Virus record (IMG/VR): IMGVR_UViG_3300010043_000011
Location: 1 to 27,823 of that record
Length of the DNA: 27,823 nucleotides
Strand: one strand, 5' to 3'
From: a virus
Taxonomy: Duplodnaviria > Caudoviricetes
Part shown: positions 1-8,956 of the stretch, piece by piece
Layout: each line of letters opens with the position of its first letter
Position numbering within the stretch: position 1 is the stretch's first letter
Made by a program: the position numbers and the translations under genes
The notes under the pieces: generated by a model
The model's input: only the letters and a program-made list of their open reading frames with translations
Database searches by the model: none
What the model was told of the DNA's origin: nothing

Positions 1-118
1 CCCACAGAGCCGGCGTCATCACCGGCCACTCTTGGGGGACAACCTCGCCCAGCACATCGCGGCGATAGGATTCCGCCAGGTACTTGCGTAGCTCGGGGCT
101 CGTTTGTTCTGGGGTCAT
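1..118 (-). CDS. Hypothetical phage protein, N-terminal part (runs off window)
   Basis: ATG at 118 overlaps the TGA of the upstream gene (TGATG). Open frame MTPEQTSPELRKYLAESYRRDVLGEVVPQEWPVMTPALW continues to the window edge. Confidence 0.6.
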   Translation of the reverse strand, partial: MTPEQTSPELRKYLAESYRRDVLGEVVPQEWPVMTPALW

Positions 119-270
119 CAAGGGCTTCCTGTGAACTTGCGATCGAAGGATACATGCAACCGCTGGACCGCCTGCGCCGTCAGCAGGATGTTCTGCGCCA
201 ACTGATCGATCGTCACCTGATCGATCGGCGGCGGCGGTACCGGCACCTGCGGTGGGGGCGTAGGGATCAT
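118..270 (-). CDS. Small Pro-rich virion-associated protein (50 aa)
   Basis: ATGA overlap with the upstream stop at 267-269. MIPTPPPQVPVPPPP...QNILLTAQAVQRL shares a motif with the upstream ORF. Confidence 0.6.
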   Translation of the reverse strand: MIPTPPPQVPVPPPPIDQVTIDQLAQNILLTAQAVQRLHVSFDRKFTGSP

Positions 271-527
271 AGCGCTAACACCTTCCAGGCTGCGCCGGCA
301 TACCACACTAGCACAGTCACCGTGCCGCCGCCGGCAACCGCGCTCCCAATCGCGGGGCTTAGCGCGTCATTCACACAGCCGATCATCCCCGGCGTGGGCG
401 GATTAGGCAGCTGCGCCACCGGTATGGCCGTCAGCTGGAAGCCGCTGGACATATCAAGATGGTGCGCCAGCGTGCTGATCGCCTGCGCCAGCAACAGCTG
501 GTTCTTGACTAACTCATCACCCCTCAC
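267..527 (-). CDS. Small tail-associated protein (86 aa)
   Basis: GTG start at 527 overlaps the stop of the gp10-like gene (GTGA). C-terminal 'VAQLP...G...VNDA....GSAVAGGGT..VLVWYAGAAWKV' resembles short fibre/tail-tip modules. Confidence 0.65.
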   Translation of the reverse strand: MRGDELVKNQLLLAQAISTLAHHLDMSSGFQLTAIPVAQLPNPPTPGMIGCVNDALSPAIGSAVAGGGTVTVLVWYAGAAWKVLAL

Positions 528-2713
528 GGCCGTTTGCCCGTCGGCTTGATGTGATAGGTGGGCGCCCCCACGCGCGCCGAGAAACCCCGCCGCGGCGACC
601 ATTCATAACGTATCGCGGCATAGCGACCGCGCGCCCTCGGGTCGAAGAATTGCGTGTCTTTGGTCATCGAGAACGGCCCGTACTCGAACACCGGACAGTC
701 CTCATTCGGATACGCCTTCATCTTGATCGTGAGACGCACCTCACCGTTGTGCCCGAACCACTTGAAGTCGGGATGGCATTGGTGGATCGACATCATCGCG
801 GTGCCGTCACCCAACTCGGTATAGCCACTCTCGATAAAGACGCCGCGCATGGGCTGATCGTCGGCATCGAAGCCGCGCTCATGCTGCTGCACCAACTTGT
901 TGGCGTCGGCGCCAAGCGGCGTCCCCCAGATCGAGTTGTCGATCCAAGCCGTCCGCGGGAGCTTACCGCTGTCCCAGGCGTTCTCCTGCACGTTGAGCTT
1001 GATGTAGTAGATCGTTTCGTTCTTCGGGATCGCTTGCCCGGTGCGTTCATAGGGCAAGAGCGAGCCGCCCGCATTCAACTGCGCGCCCCAGATGTAGGCG
1101 AATGACGTACCGTCGCCGGCATAACTTGTCGCGCTGCCATTGGTCAGCTGGATTTGGAGATTCAGGAAATTCGCGGCATCACTCGTGAACGTCATCGAGT
1201 AGCGCAGCCAGCCGTTGCCGGCGAGGCCGGTTGCGAATTCGTCAGTCCCGATCGCCCAACTGCCAAACACGAAGTCCGGCGCGGCACCTTGCGCCACCAA
1301 CGTCCCGGTTGTCGGATTGAAGGTGAAGAAAGACGTGTTCCCGGCGGTCGCCCGTAGTGTCACATTGCGCGTGGATAGTTTGTGGACATAGAGCGAGAAG
1401 GTATAGACCGCCTTGTCGTCCTGCTTGAGAATCTGCTGGCTGATTTGGTGCACGCCCGTCGTGCCGTCCTCGCGCAACGTGGTTGCGGTCAGCGTGCCGT
1501 CAGGCGCGATCACCGTCGCCGTCGGCTTGGACATGACATCGCGATCGAGCCAGTTGATATTCGAGAGGCCGCCACTGCCGTCGTACCAGCCGAACGTCAC
1601 GTAGCCGGGCTCGTACACATAGCCGGAGGTGAACTGCACCGTAGGGAGCGCCGTCGCACCGGTCTTGAGCCACTGGATCGTGTAGAAATCCTGGCTCTCC
1701 AGCAGGATGTTCTGTCCCTCGGGAACCAAATTCGAGAGCGGCGGGAAATAGAACGCGACCTCATTGCTGGTTGCGTTCGCTGCAGCGTGACACTTGTTGA
1801 TGTTCACCGTGTCCAGGTTCTCGAAGATGTAGTCCCAGACCGAACACGGGAGGTTCTGCACGCCATTGGCACCAAACGCCCAGACACCCTTGCGCGAGAG
1901 CCAGTATGTCGTATTCCCCAGCGTGACGATGGCATGCGGCGCGACAAGCCCGCAGCCGGCACCCAGGATCGTGAAGCCGTACACGAGCGGCGGCCCCACG
2001 TAGCTCACCCCCCACAAATCGGTATCGGTGAGGATCAACGTCGTCTGCGGCGCCTGGACACCGCCAACGATCTTGGAGCCGCGCGAGAGCCGGTATGTGC
2101 CGGCCTGATTGCTTACCGTCGCACTCCAAACGTCGTAGGTCCCAGCATCGGACCAGCGCAGCTTCAGCGGATCGAACGTGGTGGGATCGCCCATGAGACC
2201 TTCGGTCCCAAACACGATCACCTGCGCCTGCGGCATGGCGACGAACATGCCGTTGTTCTTCTGCGGCGCGGTCGCCCCTGATCCCAGGTCGGGTCCCACG
2301 ACGTGCGCGATCGCTCCGTTCGTGATCGGCGGCTTGTAGGCTTCCAGCGGACCAGGCGAGGCGACGATCAGCCCGGTCTCTCCCAGATTGGCGAGAAACC
2401 AATGGTTGCGCTGTACGTCCGGGATGTACCCAGTGTCCCGCGTAAAGACGTATTGCGTGGCCCCAATGTAAGCCTGGAGCCCGCCGTCGTTGGCGACGAA
2501 GAGATGCCTGGTATTGAGCAGATCGACCCAGGCGTGCATGCGCCGGATCAGCCCGAAGAAGGGCGCCTGCACGAGACGCTGCCAGCCGCCGATCTTCTCC
2601 AGGAATCCGAACCGCCAGCGCACCAGGTTGCCGGCAAACCAGGCGCTCTGCGCCTGGACCTGAGTGGCCTGGGAGTTGATCCCTGACTGGACCGCCGGCT
2701 TAACCAGTGGCAT
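524..2713 (-). CDS. Tail stabilisation/nozzle protein (P22 gp10-like) with an inserted ~235-aa beta domain
   Basis: N-terminus 'GNLVRWRFGFLEKIGGW', 'LRWSDAGTYDVW...NQAG..RLSRGSKIV', 'GCGLVAPHA', 'PCSVWDYIF' and 'RTAWID' fit podovirus beta-propeller nozzle proteins. Follows the adaptor genes. Start placed at MPLVK, overlapping the upstream gene. Confidence 0.75.
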   Translation of the reverse strand: MPLVKPAVQSGINSQATQVQAQSAWFAGNLVRWRFGFLEKIGGWQRLVQAPFFGLIRRMHAWVDLLNTRHLFVANDGGLQAYIGATQYVFTRDTGYIPDVQRNHWFLANLGETGLIVASPGPLEAYKPPITNGAIAHVVGPDLGSGATAPQKNNGMFVAMPQAQVIVFGTEGLMGDPTTFDPLKLRWSDAGTYDVWSATVSNQAGTYRLSRGSKIVGGVQAPQTTLILTDTDLWGVSYVGPPLVYGFTILGAGCGLVAPHAIVTLGNTTYWLSRKGVWAFGANGVQNLPCSVWDYIFENLDTVNINKCHAAANATSNEVAFYFPPLSNLVPEGQNILLESQDFYTIQWLKTGATALPTVQFTSGYVYEPGYVTFGWYDGSGGLSNINWLDRDVMSKPTATVIAPDGTLTATTLREDGTTGVHQISQQILKQDDKAVYTFSLYVHKLSTRNVTLRATAGNTSFFTFNPTTGTLVAQGAAPDFVFGSWAIGTDEFATGLAGNGWLRYSMTFTSDAANFLNLQIQLTNGSATSYAGDGTSFAYIWGAQLNAGGSLLPYERTGQAIPKNETIYYIKLNVQENAWDSGKLPRTAWIDNSIWGTPLGADANKLVQQHERGFDADDQPMRGVFIESGYTELGDGTAMMSIHQCHPDFKWFGHNGEVRLTIKMKAYPNEDCPVFEYGPFSMTKDTQFFDPRARGRYAAIRYEWSPRRGFSARVGAPTYHIKPTGKRP

Positions 2714-3479
2714 TCGGCGCCCCCGCCATGGCAACAGGCGTCGGCGGCTGTGCCGTGAAGCCGGGGCCTTCGCCCTTCATGCGCGCCGTCTCGATCAGAG
2801 CCCCCGCGCGTAGGTTCTGATACTGCCCCTCCCAGCTGACTGCCCGCTGCGGGTCCTCGGCCTGAGATCCGAAGTCGCGCTGGTAGCCGGCGAGGAACAC
2901 CATACAGGCGGCGATATAGAGTTCCGGATAGTTGAACGTGAGGTAGGTCACGGAGCAGCTGGACGATAACGTGAGCGGGCGCACGTCGCCCCACGCCTCA
3001 ACGTAGTAAGCCTGATCGGGCGTCGGCATCACCCGCACGATGTGCGAGAGCACCTGCGGCTGGTCTACCGGCGTCATAGGATTGGGCGGAGACACCATCG
3101 GTTGCGCATCACCCACAATCGCGTACTTCTGCGGCTTGCCGACCTTGAACGAGTCCTGCGGCCAGAAGTAGTCCAGCGCCTCCGGGGATATGCGCTCCAG
3201 GGGCGTGCGCTTGCTGGTGAAGGTAAGCGGCCCGGCCGGCGTGACCAGGTTCAGGTTCCGCAGCGCCAAGATGCTCGCCGGCAGGATGAACTGGCGCACG
3301 CGAGCCGTCATCTGTGCCGGCTGATTGATCGCCGTGATGATCAAACTCAGGTCGCGAAAAATCCTTCCCTCGGCATAGAGGAAGGCACTCGGAAGTATCC
3401 GCGCGAAGTTCTCGTCGGACTTGTTCTGCGGCACCTCATTGAGGGTCATCAGCGCCGCCACGATTTCGTCGTAGGTCAT
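2700..3479 (-). CDS. Head-tail adaptor / tail tubular protein A-like
   Basis: ATGA-coupled start 'MTYDEIVAAL'. Motifs 'AEGRIFRDL', 'GKPQKYA', 'PTPDQAY.VE', 'TYLTFNYPELYIAACM'. Lies directly upstream of the gp10-like gene. Confidence 0.7.
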   Translation of the reverse strand: MTYDEIVAALMTLNEVPQNKSDENFARILPSAFLYAEGRIFRDLSLIITAINQPAQMTARVRQFILPASILALRNLNLVTPAGPLTFTSKRTPLERISPEALDYFWPQDSFKVGKPQKYAIVGDAQPMVSPPNPMTPVDQPQVLSHIVRVMPTPDQAYYVEAWGDVRPLTLSSSCSVTYLTFNYPELYIAACMVFLAGYQRDFGSQAEDPQRAVSWEGQYQNLRAGALIETARMKGEGPGFTAQPPTPVAMAGAPNATG

Positions 3480-3808
3480 GTCGCGTCTACCCCGTGAATA
3501 TGCGACCACAAGCTTTTGATGTTACCGAAGTCGGTAGTGACTTCCGCGCGCGCCTTGTACGTGACGCCGGCCCAGAGCCCGCCGATACGTTGGATGGTCG
3601 CCGTCGGCATCGTATTGTCGTCTGTCGTGTAGAGCTTGGACGGACCCTGCAGATGAAACTGCGGATTAGGGTCGGTGCCGTCCGTGACAGTCAGATACCA
3701 GGTGGACGAGACAATCTGCTCGCCCACGTCCAGATCGTTGATAAAATCCAGCCCGTAGACATCGCTCTCGGTTTGCTCGGCCGGCGGGAAATCCCTTCCC
3801 ACGTACAC
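3476..3808 (-). CDS. Putative fibre-tail adaptor (Ig-like beta sandwich)
   Basis: The pattern 'ESDVYGLDF..DL..GEQIVSSTW' ... 'GVTYKARAEVTTDFG' matches phage fibre adaptors. GGAGG RBS upstream. Confidence 0.6.
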   Translation of the reverse strand: MYVGRDFPPAEQTESDVYGLDFINDLDVGEQIVSSTWYLTVTDGTDPNPQFHLQGPSKLYTTDDNTMPTATIQRIGGLWAGVTYKARAEVTTDFGNIKSLWSHIHGVDAT

Positions 3809-3809
3809 G

Positions 3810-4112
3810 TCATGCCTCCCGCTTCAAGATGAGTATCCTTCGCACCTCATTCCTGAGGATGTGAGTCGGCTCCAAAAGCATAAAGGCTCTGGGCGGGAAA
3901 ATCCGGCTCACATTGACGAACAACTGCGGCAAGACTTCATAATCGATACGCGGCCCAAAGAACGTCGAGACATTGAGGAAGACCGCCGGCCCCGCGGTCG
4001 GGTCGGTTATGTCGCGGTCGAACCAGGAGAGCGCGGAGATGCCAGAGTTGTCGTCCGGCCAGCCACGGCTGGAGATCTGGGGTTCGTAGACGTAGTAGCA
4101 GGGAAGCGTCAT
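3810..4112 (-). CDS. Hypothetical tail-associated protein (100 aa)
   Basis: TGATG-coupled to the tail fibre gene. Shares a YVYEP..GW.D...W.DRD motif with the gp10-like insert. Internal repeat (V/L)F(L/V)NVSxxFxPR occurs twice. Confidence 0.6.
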   Translation of the reverse strand: MTLPCYYVYEPQISSRGWPDDNSGISALSWFDRDITDPTAGPAVFLNVSTFFGPRIDYEVLPQLFVNVSRIFPPRAFMLLEPTHILRNEVRRILILKREA

Positions 4113-6433
4113 CAGGCCACCCTCACCGCCCGGATGAAGCCGGTTGCCTGCTCGGTGCCACCGGTAAACCCGCAGTAAGCCGTCACGAAATACGATGTGT
4201 TGCTGCTGACCCCCACGCGCAGGACTGGCGTCGGCAGATTGAACGTGCCAAGAAAGTTGTGCGCCGCGAGGTTATATCCAACGTGCATTGCCGCCTGATT
4301 GAGGCCCGACACCAGCGCGTTCGCCGTGCTATTCAAGCAGGCGATGAAGTAGGCTTGTGTAGTAGCAGCAGCACCACTAAAGCCGATCACACCCTGCACA
4401 TCCCAGACACCGGGCGTGAGCGTGATCTGTGTAATCGACAGGGCTGTTGCGGTGACGAGGCTCTGCGGCGTACTCTGCGTTGCGCTGATAAGCTCGCCGA
4501 TGAAAGCAGCCGACGGCGCCGAACCCGAACTTGTACCTCTGTATCCGCCCTGTGCGTTGATGGCACCAGTAAGCGTCACCTGGCCATTTGTGCGCTGGAT
4601 CGAGAGGTAATTGCTGAGAACCGCCCCAGCATCGGTGTAGGCAGTAAGCACAAAGTTCGAGCCGTTGTTGCTGCCGCTTTCCGGAGTAGCGTCCCCCAGC
4701 GAAATCAGCCAGCGATTGACGCCGTTCGTTCTGCCGTAGAGCGCGCGTAGGTTGCCGGCGGTAAGCGCATCCAGAACGAAATTCGGCTGGGTCTTACTGA
4801 TTGTCAGGTCGCCGGTCATCGTGTCGCCGGCCTTGAGCACGTAGGCCCCGACCTTGTTATCGACGTATTGTTTTGTGGAAATACCCAGCGGCGAAGTCGG
4901 ATCAGCGAATACCACGCCCAGACCTGTGGCACGCGAGAAAGTCAGCGCCGTACCAAGCGGAGCGCCGGCATCGCTGTAGTTGGTGAGGCGGAAATCAGAA
5001 CCGGCGTTGCTCCCTGTCTCAGTCCCGCTATCACCAAGGTCCATCTCCCAGCGATTGACGCTGTTCGACGCGCCCATGATGTAGCGCGGGCCAATCGAAC
5101 CGGGATCGTTCAGAAAAAGCCCAGGACCGTTGGTTCTCGAAATCTGAAGGTTGCCCGTCATCGTGTCGCCGGCACGCAGCACATAACCGAACGGATCGTT
5201 ATCGATGCGGAACCAGGCAAGGCTCTTACGCGCGTAAGTGTTGCCGTCGTTGGGCGCGTCCGAGATACCGCCACCAGCAGCCGCACCTACAACCGAGAAA
5301 ATGATTTGCGCGTTGTTGGCAATCGTCCCGCCACTGGCGATGAACGTCACCGGAAACTCAACGTAGGTCGTCTGATCGATCGGTGTGGATGCAATCGTGT
5401 AGCTGGCGTAGTTATTGCTGTTGTTCTGATCCTGAATGACCAGCTTGGTCCCGACAGACAGCGCAAGCAGAATGCGCCGAATGTCAGTCCCGGCATCGGT
5501 GACGTTGTGAACGTAGAGCGAGGTCGCCGCCGACAGCGTGGCGTTATTGGCGAGAACGCGCCCTGAAGCCGGCGGCGGCGTTGTAGCCGTGCCCCAGCGG
5601 TAGAACGCGGTGCCCCCGGCAGCCGCCGTGAGCGTGCCGCTCGTGAAGCTAAGCCCGGCACCAATCGTCACCGCGGCCCATGTGTTAGCGGCAGACCTGT
5701 AGAGCCACTGTCCCGTGCCGTTGAAGCCGGCGATCGACGTGAGATCGCCATCGAGCGGCTGGAAACCCGCCACTACAGACGCCGTAGTGGCGTAGCCTTG
5801 GTTCTTCACGAACGCGGTAGTAGCGATCGAGGTGTCGTTATCCGCGGTGGCCGGCGTCGGCGCCTGCGGATCACCCGTGAAGACCGGATTGTTGATCGGC
5901 GCGTAGCTGCCGATCGGCTGATAGAGCGCCCCCAGGTCCGTCCAGGCCGCGTTGAGCCGGCCATAGACGTTACCATTCGATGGCGCATCGGGAATGCCAC
6001 CGCTGCTGACGACAACCGCCCAGGCCCCGCTCTGCCGGGCGTACTGCTGCCCATCGAGCGGCGCCTCCGGAACACCTCCAGGCCCAGGCGGACCAGGCGG
6101 ACCAGGCGCACCGGGAGGACCAGGGAAACCCTGGATGCCCTGGTCACCCTGATCGCCCTGCGGACCAGGCGGTCCAGGATCGCCTTGCTCACCGGGCGGT
6201 CCAGGATCGCCCTGCGGACCAGGCGGTCCAGGCGGGCCACCGGGCGTGCCGGGCGGTCCCTGTGCGCCGACCGCGACCGTCACATCGACAGAGCCCGGCA
6301 CCGGATCGATCGTCAGATCGACCGTGGCGTCGATCATGTTCACGTTGATGACAGGGATCGCCGCGACCGTCGGCGGGTCAGCCTGCACCACAAACCGGGT
6401 GACTTCGACCAGGGTGATGTCGGGGGGCGGCAT
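4112..6433 (-). CDS. Tail fibre protein with collagen repeats, foldon-like motifs and a duplicated shaft domain
   Basis: Gly-X-Y run; three 'xAPxxGxxYxRxxxxW' motifs; '[18 protein letters not shown]' fibre motif; two 'YVLxAGDTMTGxLxIS..NRW...GSN.GS.F' repeats; GGAGG RBS. Confidence 0.85.
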   Translation of the reverse strand: MPPPDITLVEVTRFVVQADPPTVAAIPVINVNMIDATVDLTIDPVPGSVDVTVAVGAQGPPGTPGGPPGPPGPQGDPGPPGEQGDPGPPGPQGDQGDQGIQGFPGPPGAPGPPGPPGPGGVPEAPLDGQQYARQSGAWAVVVSSGGIPDAPSNGNVYGRLNAAWTDLGALYQPIGSYAPINNPVFTGDPQAPTPATADNDTSIATTAFVKNQGYATTASVVAGFQPLDGDLTSIAGFNGTGQWLYRSAANTWAAVTIGAGLSFTSGTLTAAAGGTAFYRWGTATTPPPASGRVLANNATLSAATSLYVHNVTDAGTDIRRILLALSVGTKLVIQDQNNSNNYASYTIASTPIDQTTYVEFPVTFIASGGTIANNAQIIFSVVGAAAGGGISDAPNDGNTYARKSLAWFRIDNDPFGYVLRAGDTMTGNLQISRTNGPGLFLNDPGSIGPRYIMGASNSVNRWEMDLGDSGTETGSNAGSDFRLTNYSDAGAPLGTALTFSRATGLGVVFADPTSPLGISTKQYVDNKVGAYVLKAGDTMTGDLTISKTQPNFVLDALTAGNLRALYGRTNGVNRWLISLGDATPESGSNNGSNFVLTAYTDAGAVLSNYLSIQRTNGQVTLTGAINAQGGYRGTSSGSAPSAAFIGELISATQSTPQSLVTATALSITQITLTPGVWDVQGVIGFSGAAATTQAYFIACLNSTANALVSGLNQAAMHVGYNLAAHNFLGTFNLPTPVLRVGVSSNTSYFVTAYCGFTGGTEQATGFIRAVRVA
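6075..6268 (-). repeat. Collagen-like Gly-X-Y repeat region within the tail fibre (boundaries approximate)
   Basis: [49 protein letters not shown]; repeated cggaccagg units in the DNA. Confidence 0.9.
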
Positions 6434-6445
6434 AGCTGCCTCCCC

Positions 6446-6808
6446 CTACGGTGTCGGTGGCGGGACTGGCGGCGTGCTGTCCGTCACATCAGGGGTGACC
6501 GTGACCACCCCACCAAGCGGCGTCTGCACGTCGCCGGAGAGGAACGTCAGCTGCAGGTCCCAGACACCTTTGGTGAACGGTATCTTATGGCTGTCGTCCG
6601 ACAAGAGCGCCAGATCAATGATGTTGGGGAGCGTGATGACGCACTCAAGCTCGGTAATCTCCACGCCGGCTGGGCGCTCGCGGATTTCCGCCTTGGCCGT
6701 CACTCCAGTCAGATCGAAAGGCGTGGTGCCATCGTCGGTCCACAGCTTCACCTGGAACCGCGTCGTGTCTCCCCGATAAACGTCCAGCGGTAGGTCTGCC
6801 GGCTGCAT
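6446..6808 (-). CDS. BppU N-terminal-like beta-sandwich fibre attachment protein
   Basis: The pattern 'LDVYRGDT', 'PFDLTG.TAKAEIR', 'GVWDLQLTF.SG.VQT..GG.VTV.PDVT' is typical of this fold. Directly precedes the fibre gene. Confidence 0.7.
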   Translation of the reverse strand: MQPADLPLDVYRGDTTRFQVKLWTDDGTTPFDLTGVTAKAEIRERPAGVEITELECVITLPNIIDLALLSDDSHKIPFTKGVWDLQLTFLSGDVQTPLGGVVTVTPDVTDSTPPVPPPTP

Positions 6809-6825
6809 GTCATCCCTAGAACGCT

Positions 6826-7140
6826 CTAAAAGACTTGCGTCTCGCTGGGCACGAACGGTGCCTGTACCATCTGACTGTGCGCGAACGTGGTCCTGCGCCT
6901 GCCCGTCACGGCATCGTAGTGCTGATCGAGCAGCACGCTCTTGCCCCTGCGGAAGATATCATCGATCACCCGCTCTGCCTCCGCACGGTAGGGCGTCGTC
7001 ATGCGGATAGTATTGACGATCAGATTGAGCGCGATCGTGTATTGCTCCAAAGGCGGCATGCCTTCACAGCGCTGCATCAGCCTCGCGAATATCTCACGCG
7101 CATCGCCCTTTTCAATCGTTTCGAGTAACGGATCAATCAT
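6826..7140 (-). CDS. Hypothetical protein (104 aa)
   Basis: AGGAG RBS; fits tightly between neighbours; helical, protein-like composition. Confidence 0.65.
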   Translation of the reverse strand: MIDPLLETIEKGDAREIFARLMQRCEGMPPLEQYTIALNLIVNTIRMTTPYRAEAERVIDDIFRRGKSVLLDQHYDAVTGRRRTTFAHSQMVQAPFVPSETQVF

Positions 7141-7149
7141 CCCATCTCC

Positions 7150-7569
7150 TTAGAGTTGAAACACTCCTGCCACGTCCCAGGTAATGATGATGTTGCCGCC
7201 GTTGGGCGTGATCGGCAGCCCGATGATGCCCAGGTCTTCGTACAATACGAGCCGCCAATTTGAATTCGCCAGCGAGCTTTGCCGATAGATCACCAGGCCA
7301 TCGAAGCTCGCCCCGGTGACGCCGGCAAAGACCGCGGTGTTCGCCCGAAAGAGTCCATTCAAGACGGAGGTTCCGGTGAGCGCGACCGGCGTCCCGATGA
7401 TGTTCGTCAGGTCGGTAAAGAACTGATGCGAAGAATTGTAAACGTACCCGCCGGCCAGGTGCATCAACGCCAGATACGGCGCATTGGGATCGAGTTGATC
7501 GAGCCCGGCATTCGCCGCGCTCTCCGTGATGAGCGCCTGCTTGTAGAGCGGGTAGAGCGTGTTCGTCAT
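7150..7569 (-). CDS. Virion structural protein (tail-associated)
   Basis: 'MTNTLYPLYKQAL' ... 'GLPITPNGGNIIITWD..GVFQL' is a recurrent phage structural-protein pattern. Confidence 0.7.
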   Translation of the reverse strand: MTNTLYPLYKQALITESAANAGLDQLDPNAPYLALMHLAGGYVYNSSHQFFTDLTNIIGTPVALTGTSVLNGLFRANTAVFAGVTGASFDGLVIYRQSSLANSNWRLVLYEDLGIIGLPITPNGGNIIITWDVAGVFQL

Positions 7570-7571
7570 CG

Positions 7572-7874
7572 CTAGGGTATGACCGGCGGCTTGTACTCGG
7601 GTGTGGTTTTATCCGGCCCGTGCTTCTCCGCCCGCGGATTGAGGATCGGCACGGGATCGGCCGGAAGAGTGATAGGCCGCAGCGTCGGATTCGGAATATC
7701 CCAACAGGTCCGGCACACGAGGTGCCCGGTGCGCTCGATACGCTTCCCGCGCCAGGCGGTCTGCCATTTCAGGTCGCGATGGTTGTACTGGAATCCGCAG
7801 CAGTCACAGATCGCAAAGGCGTCCGGATGCTGGGGGTTGACCCTCGCGTGACCTTTTGGTGCGAAGCTGCCCAT
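7572..7874 (-). CDS. Conserved CxxC...CxxC phage protein (putative zinc finger)
   Basis: 'AICDCCGFQY...LVCRTCWD.PNP.L....PADP.PI..PR'; sits next to the adaptor gene. Confidence 0.7.
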   Translation of the reverse strand: MGSFAPKGHARVNPQHPDAFAICDCCGFQYNHRDLKWQTAWRGKRIERTGHLVCRTCWDIPNPTLRPITLPADPVPILNPRAEKHGPDKTTPEYKPPVIP

Positions 7875-7876
7875 AG

Positions 7877-8587
7877 CTAATAAACCGCGTCCGTGTAGAT
7901 CGTCATCGCCGGGATGATCCGCAGCGGTGCGTTCTCTACATCACGATTCTTGGCTTTATCAAAGGAGCCCACGGCGCGCGCCGCGAGTTCCGTCATGCGG
8001 CCAGGCGCATAGAGTTCGCTGAGCTTGAAGGCGAGACCGGCGACGTACGCCTCCAGAAATCGGTACGGCACCTCGGGGGTAAGACCGCCGGGCACGTAGG
8101 CATCCTGCATCTGGCGCGCGCGATAGAAGTTGAGGGTGTACGGCTCGGCGTCGTCCGGCGGCTGCCAGAGCGTAATCGTGGGATCGCGCTGCTTGTTGTA
8201 CCAGTAGACCGTCGGCCGGGCCGGAGTGACCTTATCCGGGTAGCTCGCGTAGGTGTCGCGATCGATCGAGGTAATGATCCTGTCGCGCTGTTGAGCCCCT
8301 CCACTCTGCGGCGTCGAGATGTACGCCGCCATGATCATTACGGTGGTCGGATCAACATCGTATGTAGCAACGCCCGGATTGAGGTTGATCGTCTGGAGAT
8401 CCACAGTCCAGAGGTTCACCTGCTCGTTCGACCAATCCACCTGGAGCAGGTTCGCTGCCATAGCAGCGTCCATCAAGTGGTCTAACGAAAGGGCCGTGCG
8501 GCGAATCTGGCAGCGCCCGTAGGCGGCGATAATCACATCGGCAAACGGTGGCATCCATACGAAGGTCTCGCTGGTCGGGGCCGCCAT
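7877..8587 (-). CDS. Head completion / head-tail adaptor protein
   Basis: 'WSNEQVNLWTV', 'IDRDTYASYPDK...RPT.YWY', 'VPYRFLEAYVAGLA.KL'; lies downstream of the capsid gene. Confidence 0.7.
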   Translation of the reverse strand: MAAPTSETFVWMPPFADVIIAAYGRCQIRRTALSLDHLMDAAMAANLLQVDWSNEQVNLWTVDLQTINLNPGVATYDVDPTTVMIMAAYISTPQSGGAQQRDRIITSIDRDTYASYPDKVTPARPTVYWYNKQRDPTITLWQPPDDAEPYTLNFYRARQMQDAYVPGGLTPEVPYRFLEAYVAGLAFKLSELYAPGRMTELAARAVGSFDKAKNRDVENAPLRIIPAMTIYTDAVY

Positions 8588-8590
8588 TCA

Positions 8591-8860
8591 TCACCCTACG
8601 ATGACCACGGGAATCGGTGTGACAGGAGCCTGCGGCACCGTGCCGGCCGTGAACGATTTCATGGGGATTGGCTGGACCGGAGCCAACGGAATCGTACCGG
8701 CGGAAAGCACCACCACCGGACGCGCTAGAACCGGGTCCAGAGGCGGGTTGCCGCCCACGCCTGGCGTTCCGGTGATATTGATGACAGGCAGCGCGGCAAT
8801 CGGCGCATAGGGGCCGGCAACCTGGACGGCGGGCATCGTATTAACCGGGGCAACCATCAT
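8591..8860 (-). CDS. Pro/Val-rich low-complexity protein
   Basis: Fills the gap between neighbours; internal repeat AGT(I/V)PxAPVxPIP occurs twice. Confidence 0.55.
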   Translation of the reverse strand: MMVAPVNTMPAVQVAGPYAPIAALPVINITGTPGVGGNPPLDPVLARPVVVLSAGTIPLAPVQPIPMKSFTAGTVPQAPVTPIPVVIVG

Positions 8861-8876
8861 CCATCCATGATAAAGC

Positions 8877-8934
8877 GGAGAGGCCGGGCTATTCGCTCAT
8901 CGGAAGAGGGCTTCCGCGTTCACCCAGCCTCTCC
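8877..8934 (-). other. Intergenic RNA stem-loop
   Basis: 12-bp stem 8877-8888 / 8923-8934, whose single DNA mismatch is a G-U pair on the minus-strand RNA. Inner hairpin CGGAAG-N4-CTTCCG at 8901-8916. Confidence 0.55.
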
Positions 8935-8956
8935 TTCCCTGCGTGGCAGCAGGTAT

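Noticed and set aside
4112-4450. Possible DGR variable region or invertible segment at the fibre tip
   Set aside because: No template repeat, reverse transcriptase or invertase is visible in the window.
6075-6268. Short DNA repeats resembling a CRISPR or VNTR array
   Set aside because: Fully explained by collagen Gly-Pro-Pro codons; there is no repeat-spacer structure.
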